64,000 nt of DNA from Anaerovorax odorimutans (GCA_016841185.1 JAENZQ010000013.1:6341-70340), one strand, 5' to 3'. Numbered from the stretch's first letter, positions 1 to 9,310 are shown. The notes: generated by a model from the letters alone, not told the origin. Program-made: numbers and translations.

Positions 1-3
1 TGC

Positions 4-1095
4 ATGATAGGAAAGCGGTTTGTAACTCTCAAAATATTGTTGATATCAGCAGCTGTGACATTAGCGGTAAATTCAGGGAATGTATATGCTGAGGAATTGT
101 TAAAAGGATTAATTATTCAGGATGATGTTCAGTCAAAATACACAGCTCAGAATGACGGAACAGTGACGGGAACATTTAACATGAATGCTGTTATAAATGT
201 AAAAGACGTCTATGGAGAGTGGGTACTAATAGAGAAGGAGAATATTTCCGGCTGGGTAAAAAATCATAATCTTTTTATAAAAACAGACACTGAAAAGCTG
301 GTCAGCTTTGGACATATCACAGCCACTATACTGAATGTCCGTGAAAAACCGGATTTAAACGCATCAATGACAGGGAAACTTGCAATGGGAGATGATGTTT
401 TTATTCTTGATATCAGTGAGGACTGGTTTTATGTTAAAAATGATAAGGTGGAGGGATGGGTGTTTTCTCCGTATGTGAATGTCCGGCTTCAGGATAAAAA
501 GGGGAAAATGGTATACAAGAAAGAAGCAGAGGAGGTCAGCCGAGGAGGATCGTCTTCAAGGGATCTTGTCAATACCCCTGATGCCCCCTCTCTGGAAAAG
601 GAACAAGAAATAGAAATACTGGATTATAAAGACGGAGAATTTTACATAAAGGATGAAAAGAGTACTTTAAAATGGGTAACTGCCGGAGGCATTGTAATAT
701 CAGACCCTATTATGGAGAATGAAAGGATCATTCAAATAGCTGAAAAATATCTGGGAAAGCCTTATAAATGGGGTGCCACAGGTCCGTACAGCTTTGATTG
801 CTCAGGATTCACCAAATATGTTTTCAACCAGATTGGAATACAGATTCCAAGAGTGTCCCGTGACCAGGCAAAAGCCGGACGGGCGGTAAACCGCAGTGAT
901 TTACAAGCGGGTGATTTAGTGTTTTTTGATACCACGGGATCTATGAACAACGTGATTACGCATGTGGGAATTTATATGGGGAACAATCAATTTATCCATG
1001 CTTCGTCAAGCAGATCCGGAAAATATGTACGAATTTCATCAATGGAAAAATCTTTTTATAACACCCGGTTTGTTACGGCAAGAAGATACAGATAA
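4..1095 (+). CDS. Secreted cell-wall hydrolase with SH3b-like repeats and a C-terminal NlpC/P60 cysteine peptidase domain
   Basis: 363-aa ORF with a signal-like N-terminus (LLISAAVTLAVNSGNVYA). Repeated GWV motifs are typical of bacterial SH3 domains. C-terminal YKWGATGPYSFDCSGF...HVGIYMG matches the NlpC/P60 Cys/His core. Confidence 0.85.
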   Translation: MIGKRFVTLKILLISAAVTLAVNSGNVYAEELLKGLIIQDDVQSKYTAQNDGTVTGTFNMNAVINVKDVYGEWVLIEKENISGWVKNHNLFIKTDTEKLVSFGHITATILNVREKPDLNASMTGKLAMGDDVFILDISEDWFYVKNDKVEGWVFSPYVNVRLQDKKGKMVYKKEAEEVSRGGSSSRDLVNTPDAPSLEKEQEIEILDYKDGEFYIKDEKSTLKWVTAGGIVISDPIMENERIIQIAEKYLGKPYKWGATGPYSFDCSGFTKYVFNQIGIQIPRVSRDQAKAGRAVNRSDLQAGDLVFFDTTGSMNNVITHVGIYMGNNQFIHASSSRSGKYVRISSMEKSFYNTRFVTARRYR

Positions 1096-1203
1096 TACCG
1101 GTTTCGGAGCTAAATTAATAATGAATAATAAGCTTTAATAAAATAATGTCGTTTATTTTTATCATAATATGGTTGCCTTCGATAATACAATTAAATATCG
1201 GAG

Positions 1204-1959
1204 GTGATTTTTTTGAGAAAATACAGATTTAATAAAAAGGATGGGACAAAATCTATGCTCATTATTTTTTTAATGATCACGATAGGGGCTGTTATAATTG
1301 GATATTTTGGGACAAGATACTTTTTATATCCTATATTCATTAAGGGAACGACTGCTGAAGTGACCGGCATTGAAGAAAATCAGAATCAAGACACTGCAAC
1401 TCAATCAAACAATTCGGTTCAGAATTCCACTGTGAGTGAAGAATCAGAAGAACCTGAAGAAAAAAGACATACTTTTTATATCTATCATGTTCAAATGGGA
1501 AATTTCAGTTCTGAGAAAAATGCAGAATTACTTATTGACAGTCTTGAAGAAAACGATATTTATGCTTATGTATTGAAAGAAAACGGGTTGAAAGTAGTAA
1601 CAGCTCCTCTTGCGGATTATGGTCAAGCGGAGGTTTTGAAAAATAACCTATTGACTTATGCAAAAGATGCTTTTATTCTTAAGAGGCAAGTACAAGTTGA
1701 GAATACTTCTGTACAAACAACAATAACCAACATTCTTAATGATTTGAACGAGGCTCGTTCACAGCCGGACAGCAGTCGGTGGATCAATATATTAAAAGAT
1801 GCTTTTCAGGATGGATTAGGGGATTCGCAGATGGAGCAGGAGACCCTGCAAGTTTTTCAAAATATTTACGATGAGGTGAATCAGATTGACACATCGGAAA
1901 ATAATTTGTTTGATATAGAAAAAAATATTATAATAATGATTGAAGAAATTATAAGTTAG
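1204..1959 (+). CDS. Membrane-anchored SPOR-domain-like protein
   Basis: GGAGGTG RBS precedes GTG 1204 and in-frame TTG 1213. One TM helix (MLIIFLMITIGAVIIGYF) and a Ser/Glu-rich linker are followed by YHVQMGNFSSEKNAELLIDSL...VVTAPLADYGQAEVLKNNL, which resembles a SPOR peptidoglycan-binding repeat. Confidence 0.55.
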   Translation: MIFLRKYRFNKKDGTKSMLIIFLMITIGAVIIGYFGTRYFLYPIFIKGTTAEVTGIEENQNQDTATQSNNSVQNSTVSEESEEPEEKRHTFYIYHVQMGNFSSEKNAELLIDSLEENDIYAYVLKENGLKVVTAPLADYGQAEVLKNNLLTYAKDAFILKRQVQVENTSVQTTITNILNDLNEARSQPDSSRWINILKDAFQDGLGDSQMEQETLQVFQNIYDEVNQIDTSENNLFDIEKNIIIMIEEIIS

Positions 1960-1972
1960 TCGGAGGGCAGAC

Positions 1973-2329
1973 ATGAAATTACTGGAAATAAAGGAATTGC
2001 TGGATTGTGCGTGCATTACTGGCGAAGAATATATGGATGAATATGATGTAGAATATGCTTTCGGATGTGATTTGATGAGTGATGTTCTTGCATTTTCTAA
2101 TCATAAAACATTACTTCTTACAGGGCTGGTCAATCCGCAAGTCATCCGGACAGCAGAAATGATGGACATTGCGGCTATCGTATTTGTAAGAGGTAAGAGG
2201 CCGGACGATAAAACCATTGAATTAGCTGAGAAATATAATAAGATATTACTCTGCACGCGGAATATCCTTTATACTTCCTGTGGAATCTTATATAAACATG
2301 GACTGAAAGGAGTCACCATAAATGAGTGA
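1973..2329 (+). CDS. DRTGG-domain protein (copy 1)
   Basis: 118-aa ORF with a GGAGGG RBS. KTLLLTGLVNPQVIRTAEMMDIAAIVFVRGKRP resembles stand-alone DRTGG domains. Its stop overlaps the next start (ATGAGTGA). Confidence 0.65.
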   Translation: MKLLEIKELLDCACITGEEYMDEYDVEYAFGCDLMSDVLAFSNHKTLLLTGLVNPQVIRTAEMMDIAAIVFVRGKRPDDKTIELAEKYNKILLCTRNILYTSCGILYKHGLKGVTINE

Positions 2330-2786
2330 TTACCCCGGGTTTTTAAAATACGATTATGAAGTGGAGCGATACGATTTTACAAGAGCAGGTGAGGCATCCA
2401 GTGCTATAAAAGCCCGGTTAAAAAAGCTTGGTTTGGATACAGATTTGGTTCGCAGAATTGCTGTTGCGTCTTACGAGTCGGAGATCAATATTATTATACA
2501 TTCTTTTGGGGGCTCTCTGACTTTGTATATATCGACTGATAAAATTATTATTGTGGCAAAGGATAGTGGCCCCGGAATAGATGATATTGAATTGGCAATG
2601 CAGGAGGGTTACACAACAGCTTCCGACAAGGCACGTGAATATGGTTTTGGAGCAGGTATGGGACTTCCCAATATAAAAAGGTATTGTGACCGCCTGGAAA
2701 TTGATTCTTCAAAGGGACATGCTACAACGATTGTTATGACTTTTATAATTACGGATATGGATGGTGAACAGAATGAAAATGGATGA
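2322..2786 (+). CDS. Small GHKL-type ATP-binding protein (RsbW/SpoIIAB-like anti-sigma Ser/Thr kinase fold)
   Basis: 154 aa with N-box ESEINIIIHS, G1 DSGPGI and G2 GFGAGMGLPN. No DHp/His-phosphotransfer, sensor or receiver domain is present. Confidence 0.7.
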   Translation: MSDYPGFLKYDYEVERYDFTRAGEASSAIKARLKKLGLDTDLVRRIAVASYESEINIIIHSFGGSLTLYISTDKIIIVAKDSGPGIDDIELAMQEGYTTASDKAREYGFGAGMGLPNIKRYCDRLEIDSSKGHATTIVMTFIITDMDGEQNENG

Positions 2787-3105
2787 ATTAATAAATGATA
2801 ACCAATTCAAACAACTTACTTTTTTGGAGTTGGACAAACAGATAAGAGGCTTATATTATGGCGACTTGCTGAGCTGGGTCATGTCACATGCAAAGGAAGG
2901 AGATGCATGGATTACAGTTCAGACTCATGTCAATATCGTTGCCGTAGCCTCGTTGCTTAATTTAAGCTGTATCATTATTCCTGAAAACAGTACTGTTGAA
3001 CAGGCTACCGTTGATAAAGCAAATGAGATGAATATTCCGATTTTTTCTACAGAACTGAATGCTTATGAGATTTTTAAACGATATTATCAAAAAGATCTGC
3101 AATAG
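2761..3105 (+). CDS. DRTGG-domain protein (copy 2)
   Basis: 114 aa, overlapping the upstream gene by 26 nt. AWITVQTHVNIVAVASLLNLSCIIIPEN...IPIFSTELNAYE is paralogous in layout to the 1973-2329 product. Start choice is uncertain (in-frame ATGs at 2761, 2773, 2779). Confidence 0.6.
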   Translation: MVNRMKMDELINDNQFKQLTFLELDKQIRGLYYGDLLSWVMSHAKEGDAWITVQTHVNIVAVASLLNLSCIIIPENSTVEQATVDKANEMNIPIFSTELNAYEIFKRYYQKDLQ

Positions 3106-3111
3106 TCAGGG

Positions 3112-3846
3112 ATGAAAAAAATGAAATTATCTTATGATTTACATATTCATACGGCATTATCGCCATGTGCTTCAGATGATATGACGCCGAATAATATTGT
3201 TAATATGGCTGCTATCAAAGGGCTGGACATCATCGGTATTACGGATCATAACAGTACGGAGAATTGTGCCTCTGTCATCAAGGCTGCGAAGAATAAAGAG
3301 TTGCTTGTTGTCCCCGGAGTAGAGCTTCAGACCAGTGAGGAAGTTCATCTCCTTTGTTTTTTTGAGAACCTTTTGAATTTAAGAGAATTTCAGGATGTGA
3401 TTGACTCATCAATGGTAAAAGGCAAAAATATATCGGAAATTTTTGGAAATCAATTGATCATGGATGAAAAAGACCATGTTGTCGGGCAAAAACAGCATAT
3501 GCTCCTGACTTCTTCCGGATTGTCTCTTAACCGGGCCGTTGAACTTGTCTCTGAAATGGGAGGCGTTGTTGTACCGGCGCATATAGAAAGAAAAAGTTAT
3601 TCAATCATTACGAATCTGGGGTTTGTTCCACCGGAACTGAATTTGTCCTACCTGGAAATATATCAACCGGGAAACTTACCTGATTTAACTGCAAAGTTTG
3701 ACTATCTTAAGAACTACAAATATCTTTTTAATTCGGATGCTCATGAGTTGGGATGTATTTCGGAGCCGGAAAGATTCATAGAATGCAAATCCAAATCTCT
3801 CTATGAAGTCATTAATACAATAAAAAATGGGAGGCGGCATAAATGA
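3112..3846 (+). CDS. PHP-domain metal-dependent phosphoesterase
   Basis: 244 aa. DLHIHTALSPCASD, ITDHNS, VVPAHIER and NSDAHE give the His/Asp ligand pattern of the PHP (polymerase/histidinol phosphatase) fold. Confidence 0.8.
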   Translation: MKKMKLSYDLHIHTALSPCASDDMTPNNIVNMAAIKGLDIIGITDHNSTENCASVIKAAKNKELLVVPGVELQTSEEVHLLCFFENLLNLREFQDVIDSSMVKGKNISEIFGNQLIMDEKDHVVGQKQHMLLTSSGLSLNRAVELVSEMGGVVVPAHIERKSYSIITNLGFVPPELNLSYLEIYQPGNLPDLTAKFDYLKNYKYLFNSDAHELGCISEPERFIECKSKSLYEVINTIKNGRRHK

Positions 3847-4388
3847 AAGAACTGTCTCTGCATATTCTGGATATTGTCCAGAACAGTATCGCAGCAAAGG
3901 CGACCCAAATAGAAATTATCATTTGTGAAGATACACAAAAAAACATTTTGTCTATTGATATTAGTGATAATGGTACAGGTATGGACAAAGCAACGCTTCA
4001 GAAAGTGACAGATCCTTTCTGGACATCCAGAACTACAAGAAAAGTAGGACTGGGCATTCCCCTTTTTAAGGCTGCAGCAGAAAGATGTTCAGGACATTTT
4101 AAAATACGCTCTGAAGCAGGTGAAGGAACAGAAATAATCGCTGAATTTGTACGAAACCATATAGACAGAGCCCCCATGGGAGATATTGCAGAAACCATTT
4201 CATTATTGATTCTGACCAATGAAGGAATCGATTTTAAATATACGTATAGATTCAACGGACGTACGTATGAGCTTAATACGAAAAAAATCAAAGAAGTCAT
4301 TGGAGATATGCCGATACAACATCTGGACGTTATAGAATGGATAAAGAAAGATATCCGGCAGGGAATTGAAGAAATAACTCAGGAATGA
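3843..4388 (+). CDS. Small GHKL-type ATP-binding protein (histidine-kinase-like ATPase domain only)
   Basis: 181 aa with N-box LDIVQNSIAA, G1 DNGTGM and G2 GLGIPLFK. It has no DHp, sensor or receiver domain. Its start overlaps the PHP stop (ATGA). Confidence 0.7.
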   Translation: MKELSLHILDIVQNSIAAKATQIEIIICEDTQKNILSIDISDNGTGMDKATLQKVTDPFWTSRTTRKVGLGIPLFKAAAERCSGHFKIRSEAGEGTEIIAEFVRNHIDRAPMGDIAETISLLILTNEGIDFKYTYRFNGRTYELNTKKIKEVIGDMPIQHLDVIEWIKKDIRQGIEEITQE

Positions 4389-4547
4389 TTCGTTAAATAT
4401 TTAACCTTAGTAATTCCTAATCGCACCATGTAACACGGCATAAATATTCCACAGAAAAAATTTTTTTCAAGTATGTTAAATTATTATCAAGATAAAATGA
4501 TATAAATAAGCAGAGAACAGAAGTGTTTTGAATGAAATTCAAATATT

Positions 4548-4572
4548 GTGGACCTTACACGTCCATTTTTTT
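4548..4572 (+). terminator. Weak intrinsic terminator after the DRTGG/ATPase/PHP operon
   Basis: Stem (G)TGGAC / GTCCA(T) at 4548-4553 and 4561-4566, with a 7-nt loop, followed by T7 (4566-4572). Confidence 0.35.
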
Positions 4573-4698
4573 CTGTAGTTCTTTCATCTTTTGACTTTTA
4601 TTACTTTTTTTCGAGCAAAAATTTAACATAAATATGTTAAAAAATATGCAAAAAAGCATTGCTTTTTATATCAAAAAGGAGTATTCTAAAAGTAAGAA

Positions 4699-4716
4699 AT
4701 GTTAAAATATTAACGA
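4699..4716 (+). promoter_or_regulatory. Rex-type operator candidate overlapping the acyl-CoA dehydrogenase/etf promoter
   Basis: aTGTTAAaataTTAACga compared with the clostridial Rex consensus TTGTTAA-N4-TTAACAA, as recalled. It lies immediately upstream of a TATAAT at 4722-4727. Confidence 0.5.
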
Positions 4717-4809
4717 TTACGTATAATCGGGGCTTGCTAAATAATACGCTTTTATTGAGTAATTTAGTGCGGAGAAGGCCCACACCGAATGTAAAAAGGA
4801 GGCTTTATT

Positions 4810-5955
4810 ATGAATTTTTCAGAAACTAAAGAGCAAGAATTCGTCAGAAAAATGGTTAGAGAATTTGCTGTTGCCGAGGTGAGACCTATTGCTGCTGACA
4901 TAGATAAAGAGCATAGATTTCCAACTGAGACAGTAGAAAAAATGTCTAAATATGGACTGATGGGTGTACCGTTTCCAAAAGAATTAGGTGGAGCAGGCGG
5001 AGATCACATCGCATATGCCATTACAGTTGAAGAGTTATCAAGAGAATGTGCTTCAACAGGCGTTATCTGTTCAGCTCATACATCCCTCTGTGTATGGCCT
5101 ATTTGGGCATGGGGGACTGATGAGCAGAAACAGAAGTATATGATTCCTCTTGCAAAGGGAGAAAAACTTGGTGCCTTCGGGTTGACTGAGCCTAACGCCG
5201 GTTCAGATGCAGGCGGACAGCAGACCAGAGCGGTTGATATGGGAGACCACTGGCTGTTGAATGGTACAAAAGTATTTATCACCAACGGCGGATTTGCCGA
5301 TGTTTTTATCATAATAGCAATGACAGACAAATCTAAAGGAACAAGAGGCGGCATTTCAGCATTTATCGTAGAGAAGGATTTCGAAGGATTTTCCATCGGC
5401 AAGACTGAAGATAAGATGGGTATTTGTGCATCTTCTACTACTGAACTTATTTTTCAAAATTGTAAAGTTCCAAAAGAAAATCTTCTTGGCAAGGTTGGAG
5501 AAGGTTTTAAGGTTGCCATGTCAACACTTGACGGAGGGCGTATCGGAATTGCTTCTCAAGCGTTGGGGATTGCTCAGGGAGCGCTTGATGTTACTGTAGA
5601 ATACTTAAAGACGAGAAAACAATTTGGTAAGAAGCTTTCCAAAATGCAGGCGATTCAATTTGACATTGCCGAAATGAAGACGAGAATCGAAGCTTCAAGA
5701 TTATTGATTTACAAAGCTGCAGATATGAAGGATAAACATCTTGCATATGGTCCTGTTTCCGCAATGGCCAAATTATATGCTGCTGAAACAGCGATGTACG
5801 TAACGACCAAGGCAGTTCAGCTACATGGCGGCTATGGATTCATTAAAGATTATCCTGTTGAAAGAATGATGAGAGATGCAAAAATTACTGAGATATATGA
5901 AGGAACATCCGAAGTTCAAAAAATGGTAATAGCAGCATCTGTATTTGGTAAATAG
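4810..5955 (+). CDS. bcd: Short-chain (butyryl-type) acyl-CoA dehydrogenase
   Basis: 381 aa with an AAGGAGG RBS. GLTEPNAGSD and the C-terminal YEGTSEVQ (catalytic Glu) are present. The gene is followed by etfB and etfA. Confidence 0.9.
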   Translation: MNFSETKEQEFVRKMVREFAVAEVRPIAADIDKEHRFPTETVEKMSKYGLMGVPFPKELGGAGGDHIAYAITVEELSRECASTGVICSAHTSLCVWPIWAWGTDEQKQKYMIPLAKGEKLGAFGLTEPNAGSDAGGQQTRAVDMGDHWLLNGTKVFITNGGFADVFIIIAMTDKSKGTRGGISAFIVEKDFEGFSIGKTEDKMGICASSTTELIFQNCKVPKENLLGKVGEGFKVAMSTLDGGRIGIASQALGIAQGALDVTVEYLKTRKQFGKKLSKMQAIQFDIAEMKTRIEASRLLIYKAADMKDKHLAYGPVSAMAKLYAAETAMYVTTKAVQLHGGYGFIKDYPVERMMRDAKITEIYEGTSEVQKMVIAASVFGK

Positions 5956-5972
5956 AAGAGGAGGTAAGCAGA

Positions 5973-6773
5973 ATGGCATTTAAAATTATTGTATGTGCAA
6001 AACAAGTTCCTGACACAAGTGAAGTAAAGATCGATCCGGTCAAAAATACGATTATGAGAGAAGGCGTACCAAGTATTTTAAATCACGATGATGCAAACGC
6101 GCTTGAGGAAGCCCTTAAAATAAAGGATCAATACCCGGATACCACAGTGACCGTCATAACAATGGGTCCTCCGCAGGCAAAGGATATGTTGCTGGAATGC
6201 CTGGCCATGGGTGCGGATGAAGGCGTTTTGGTAAGCGACAGAGCGGTAGGAGGATCAGATACATGGGCGACATCCAATGTACTTGCAGCTGCTATTAATA
6301 AGCTTGGAGAATTTGACCTGATCTTTGCAGGACGTCAGGCAATCGACGGAGATACGGCACAGGTTGGACCCCAGCTGGCTGAAAAATTAGGCTTACCGCA
6401 GGTTACTTATGTAGCAGAATTCAAAATAGAATCAAATATGAAAGATATTAAGGTTAAAAGAGTTTTAGAAGACGGATATGAAATGATTAAAATCAAGACA
6501 CCATGTATGTTAACTGCAATTAATGAATTAAACGTACCAAGATACATGTCCATAGGCGGTATTTATGAGGCTGCCAATAAGGAACTTAAGATCTGGAATG
6601 CAAAGGATATAGCAGTTGACTTAAATACGGTAGGCTTGGAAGCATCTCCCACAAATGTATTTCGCTCATTTACACCTGTTCCCAAGGGCAAGGGCATGAT
6701 GATCGAAGGCGATACTCAAAAGGATATTGCACAGAATCTTTTGATAAATTTAAAAGCGAAGCATGTAATCTAA
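5973..6773 (+). CDS. etfB: Electron transfer flavoprotein beta subunit
   Basis: 266 aa. The N-terminus [12 protein letters not shown] and overall layout are typical of EtfB. It starts 17 nt after the dehydrogenase gene. Confidence 0.9.
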   Translation: MAFKIIVCAKQVPDTSEVKIDPVKNTIMREGVPSILNHDDANALEEALKIKDQYPDTTVTVITMGPPQAKDMLLECLAMGADEGVLVSDRAVGGSDTWATSNVLAAAINKLGEFDLIFAGRQAIDGDTAQVGPQLAEKLGLPQVTYVAEFKIESNMKDIKVKRVLEDGYEMIKIKTPCMLTAINELNVPRYMSIGGIYEAANKELKIWNAKDIAVDLNTVGLEASPTNVFRSFTPVPKGKGMMIEGDTQKDIAQNLLINLKAKHVI

Positions 6774-6793
6774 GTAAAAGGAGGAAGGATAGA

Positions 6794-8110
6794 ATGGCAA
6801 TAAATGTTATTGAAGATAAATGTAAAGGCTGTAAATTATGTATAAAGGCTTGCCCCTTCGAAGCGATAGAAATGGTCGGGAAATTAGCGGTTATCAACGA
6901 TAAATGTACCGGCTGTAATGCATGTATCCCGGTCTGTCCATTCGATGCTATTGAAAAGACTGCTGAAGAGGATGGCCCTGTAGATCTTTCCGAATATAAG
7001 GATGTGTGGGTATTTGCAGAGCAGAGGCAAGGCAAACTCATGAATGTAGCACTTGAATTGATCGGCGAAGGACAAAGATTATCCAGAGAGCTGGATGATG
7101 CAAAGGTATGTGCGCTGATCGTCGGAAACAAAGTTGAACATCTATCGAAGGAATGCTTTGAGCATGGCGCGGATGCGGTCTATTTGATTGAAGATGATTT
7201 ATTAGAAAACTTTACCACGGATGGTTATACAAAGGTTATAGTAGATGCTATCAAGGAATATAAACCTGAAATTGTTCTGTATGGTGCAACACACATCGGC
7301 AGAGATCTGGCTCCGAGGGTTGCGGCAAGATTGAATACCGGACTTACCGCAGACTGTACCAGATTGGATGTTAAAGTATCCAGCTATATTGATTATGCTG
7401 TCAAAAATACGACTCTGGATACTTCCACCTTAGATCCGGATTCGGATGACAAGGGATTGAAGCAGACCCGTCCTGCATTTGGAGGGAATCTGATGGCAAC
7501 TATTATTTGCCCAAGAACCAGGCCTCAGATGGCAACAGTAAGACCCGGGGTTATGCAAAAAATAGAAAAAATCCAGGGGGCAGCCGGAGAGGTTATTGAA
7601 GTTAAGCCTCAGATTGCAAAGTCTGATATTCGGACAGAAATCATAGATATTGTAAAATCGGCTAAAGAGATTGTTTCCTTGACGGATGCAAAAATCATAT
7701 GTTCCGGCGGCAGAGGCCTGGGGGATGCTTCGGGCTTTGAATTGATCAAGAAACTCGCCGACAAGGTTGGCGGAGTGGTTGGTTCTTCGAGGGCTGCTGT
7801 AGATGCCGGATGGATAGATCATTCACATCAGGTTGGGCAGACGGGAACAACCGTAAAGCCAAATATCTATTTTGCCTGCGGCATCTCAGGTGCGATTCAG
7901 CATTTAGCAGGAATGCAGACATCGGATATTATTATTGCTATCAATAAAGATCCGGATGCGCCGATCTTTGAAGTTGCAGATTATGGCATTGTCGGAGATT
8001 TGTATAAAGTAATTCCCGAGCTTATTGAAGAGTGGGATAATGCTGAGGAACTGTACAGCGCATCCTTATATCACAAAGAAGAAATAACTGAAGAGGAAGC
8101 AGCTTCTTAA
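6794..8110 (+). CDS. etfA: Electron transfer flavoprotein alpha subunit with an N-terminal 2x[4Fe-4S] ferredoxin domain
   Basis: 438 aa. The N-terminal ~60 aa carry [12 protein letters not shown] and [12 protein letters not shown]. The remainder is EtfA-like ([23 protein letters not shown]). Confidence 0.9.
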   Translation: MAINVIEDKCKGCKLCIKACPFEAIEMVGKLAVINDKCTGCNACIPVCPFDAIEKTAEEDGPVDLSEYKDVWVFAEQRQGKLMNVALELIGEGQRLSRELDDAKVCALIVGNKVEHLSKECFEHGADAVYLIEDDLLENFTTDGYTKVIVDAIKEYKPEIVLYGATHIGRDLAPRVAARLNTGLTADCTRLDVKVSSYIDYAVKNTTLDTSTLDPDSDDKGLKQTRPAFGGNLMATIICPRTRPQMATVRPGVMQKIEKIQGAAGEVIEVKPQIAKSDIRTEIIDIVKSAKEIVSLTDAKIICSGGRGLGDASGFELIKKLADKVGGVVGSSRAAVDAGWIDHSHQVGQTGTTVKPNIYFACGISGAIQHLAGMQTSDIIIAINKDPDAPIFEVADYGIVGDLYKVIPELIEEWDNAEELYSASLYHKEEITEEEAAS

Positions 8111-8187
8111 CAGTTTCCCTTTACTTATATAAGATGAATATGTATGAAGAAAAAATTATAAATCAGCTTTCCATGATAGAATAAAAT

Positions 8188-8215
8188 GTGAGGCGGCTCA
8201 AATGAGCCGCCTCAC
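8188..8215. terminator. GC-rich perfect hairpin downstream of etfA, marking the junction with the Rhs remnant
   Basis: GTGAGGCGGCTCA aa TGAGCCGCCTCAC (13-nt arms). No T-run follows on the + strand; a T-rich run follows on the - strand. Confidence 0.5.
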
Positions 8216-8218
8216 AAT

Positions 8219-9097
8219 TCAAAGGAAATCACCAATTATTTCTATGACAATAACGGAAACACCTTTGCTAAAAACAAAGGTACAGAAATTATAACAGATG
8301 GAAGTATAACTGTAGAAATTTCCTTGAATGCACCGGGAACTGAGCTGTATTCCTATGACGGCTTTAACCGAATGATTCAGGCAGAAAATGGCAATGGCAT
8401 TCATTCATACAACTATCGCCCTGACGGTTTACGATTAAGCAAGACGATAAATGGCATAACGACGACTCATATATGGGACGGTCAGAGCATTGCATTGGAG
8501 CTTGATGGCAGCAGCAATGTCGTTGACAGCTACATCCGTGGTATCGGGCTGATTGAAAGTGATCAAAATGGCTGGTATCTATACAATGGACATGGTGATG
8601 TGGTACAATTAACCAATAATACAGGTGCTGTAACGAAAGAATATGAGTATGATGCTTTTGGAAATGAAAAAAATATAGATGTATCAGACAACAACCCATA
8701 CCGTTATTGTGGTGAGTACTTTGACAAAGAAACGGGAACCATCTATCTGAGAGCAAGATACTATGATCCTGTAATGGGTAGATTTATTAATGAAGATACC
8801 TATGAAGGCAGTATAGATAACCCATTAAGCTTGAACCTTTATACCTATTGCTATAATAATCCTATCCGATACATTGACCCGACTGGACATGTGGTAACTG
8901 AATGGGATAAGAAAAATTGTAGTAAAAAACAACAAAGGGCTATAGATAAAGCAACAAAAGACTACAATGATGCTAAAGCCAGGGGCGATGCAAAAGGGAT
9001 GGCAGATGCTCATAAAGCAGCTGAGGATGCTCGCCAGAAAAACAGGTCAAAAGACGAAATAGGCAGTGCCAGCGGATATACATTACAAAGTAGATAG
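8219..9097 (+). pseudogene. N-terminally truncated Rhs/YD-repeat protein fragment (Rhs-associated core end plus a short C-terminal tail)
   Basis: The frame is open from 8192, inside the hairpin, with no credible start or RBS. It contains YD-type repeats (YFYDNNGN, YSYDGFNR, YNYRPDGLRLSK, YEYDAFGN) and the core end PYRYCGEYFDKETG...RARYYDPVMGRFINEDT...NNPIRYIDPTGH. The tail continues in another frame (YKVDSKGKAKLNKHDS...) up to 9187. Confidence 0.75.
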
Positions 9098-9187
9098 TAA
9101 AGGTAAAGCTAAATTAAACAAGCACGACTCAAAGGCACTAAATAAGAGTAAAAGCAGCGGTTCAACCACATTAAATGATTCCGACTA

Positions 9188-9261
9188 TATGTCAACAGGG
9201 ACGTATGTCAACAGGGACGGTTCTTTTTGACATATGTCAACAGGGACGGTTCTTTTTGACA
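9188..9261 (+). repeat. Tandem hairpin repeats at the boundary of the transposase remnant
   Basis: TATGTCAACAGGGACG at 9188-9203 is followed by two exact 29-nt copies of TATGTCAACAGGGACGGTTCTTTTTGACA (9204-9232 and 9233-9261). Each copy has an ATGTCAA/TTGACAT inverted repeat. Confidence 0.85.
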
Positions 9262-9310
9262 CAAACACTTCTGTCTGTTATAGTATGTTATCGGATGGAG
9301 GTGTTTTATT

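Noticed and set aside
8324-8326. TTG at 8324 as a genuine start of an intact small Rhs-domain gene.
   Set aside because: The frame is open and Rhs-like (YFYDNNGN…) for another ~130 nt upstream, back to a stop inside the hairpin. No RBS precedes 8324. The fragment lacks the whole Rhs shell, so it is called a truncated remnant.
9188-9261. Tandem 29-nt repeats as a possible mini-CRISPR array.
   Set aside because: The repeats are directly adjacent with no spacers. There are only 2.5 copies and no cas genes nearby. They abut a Y1-transposase relic, so they fit transposon or REP-like hairpins.
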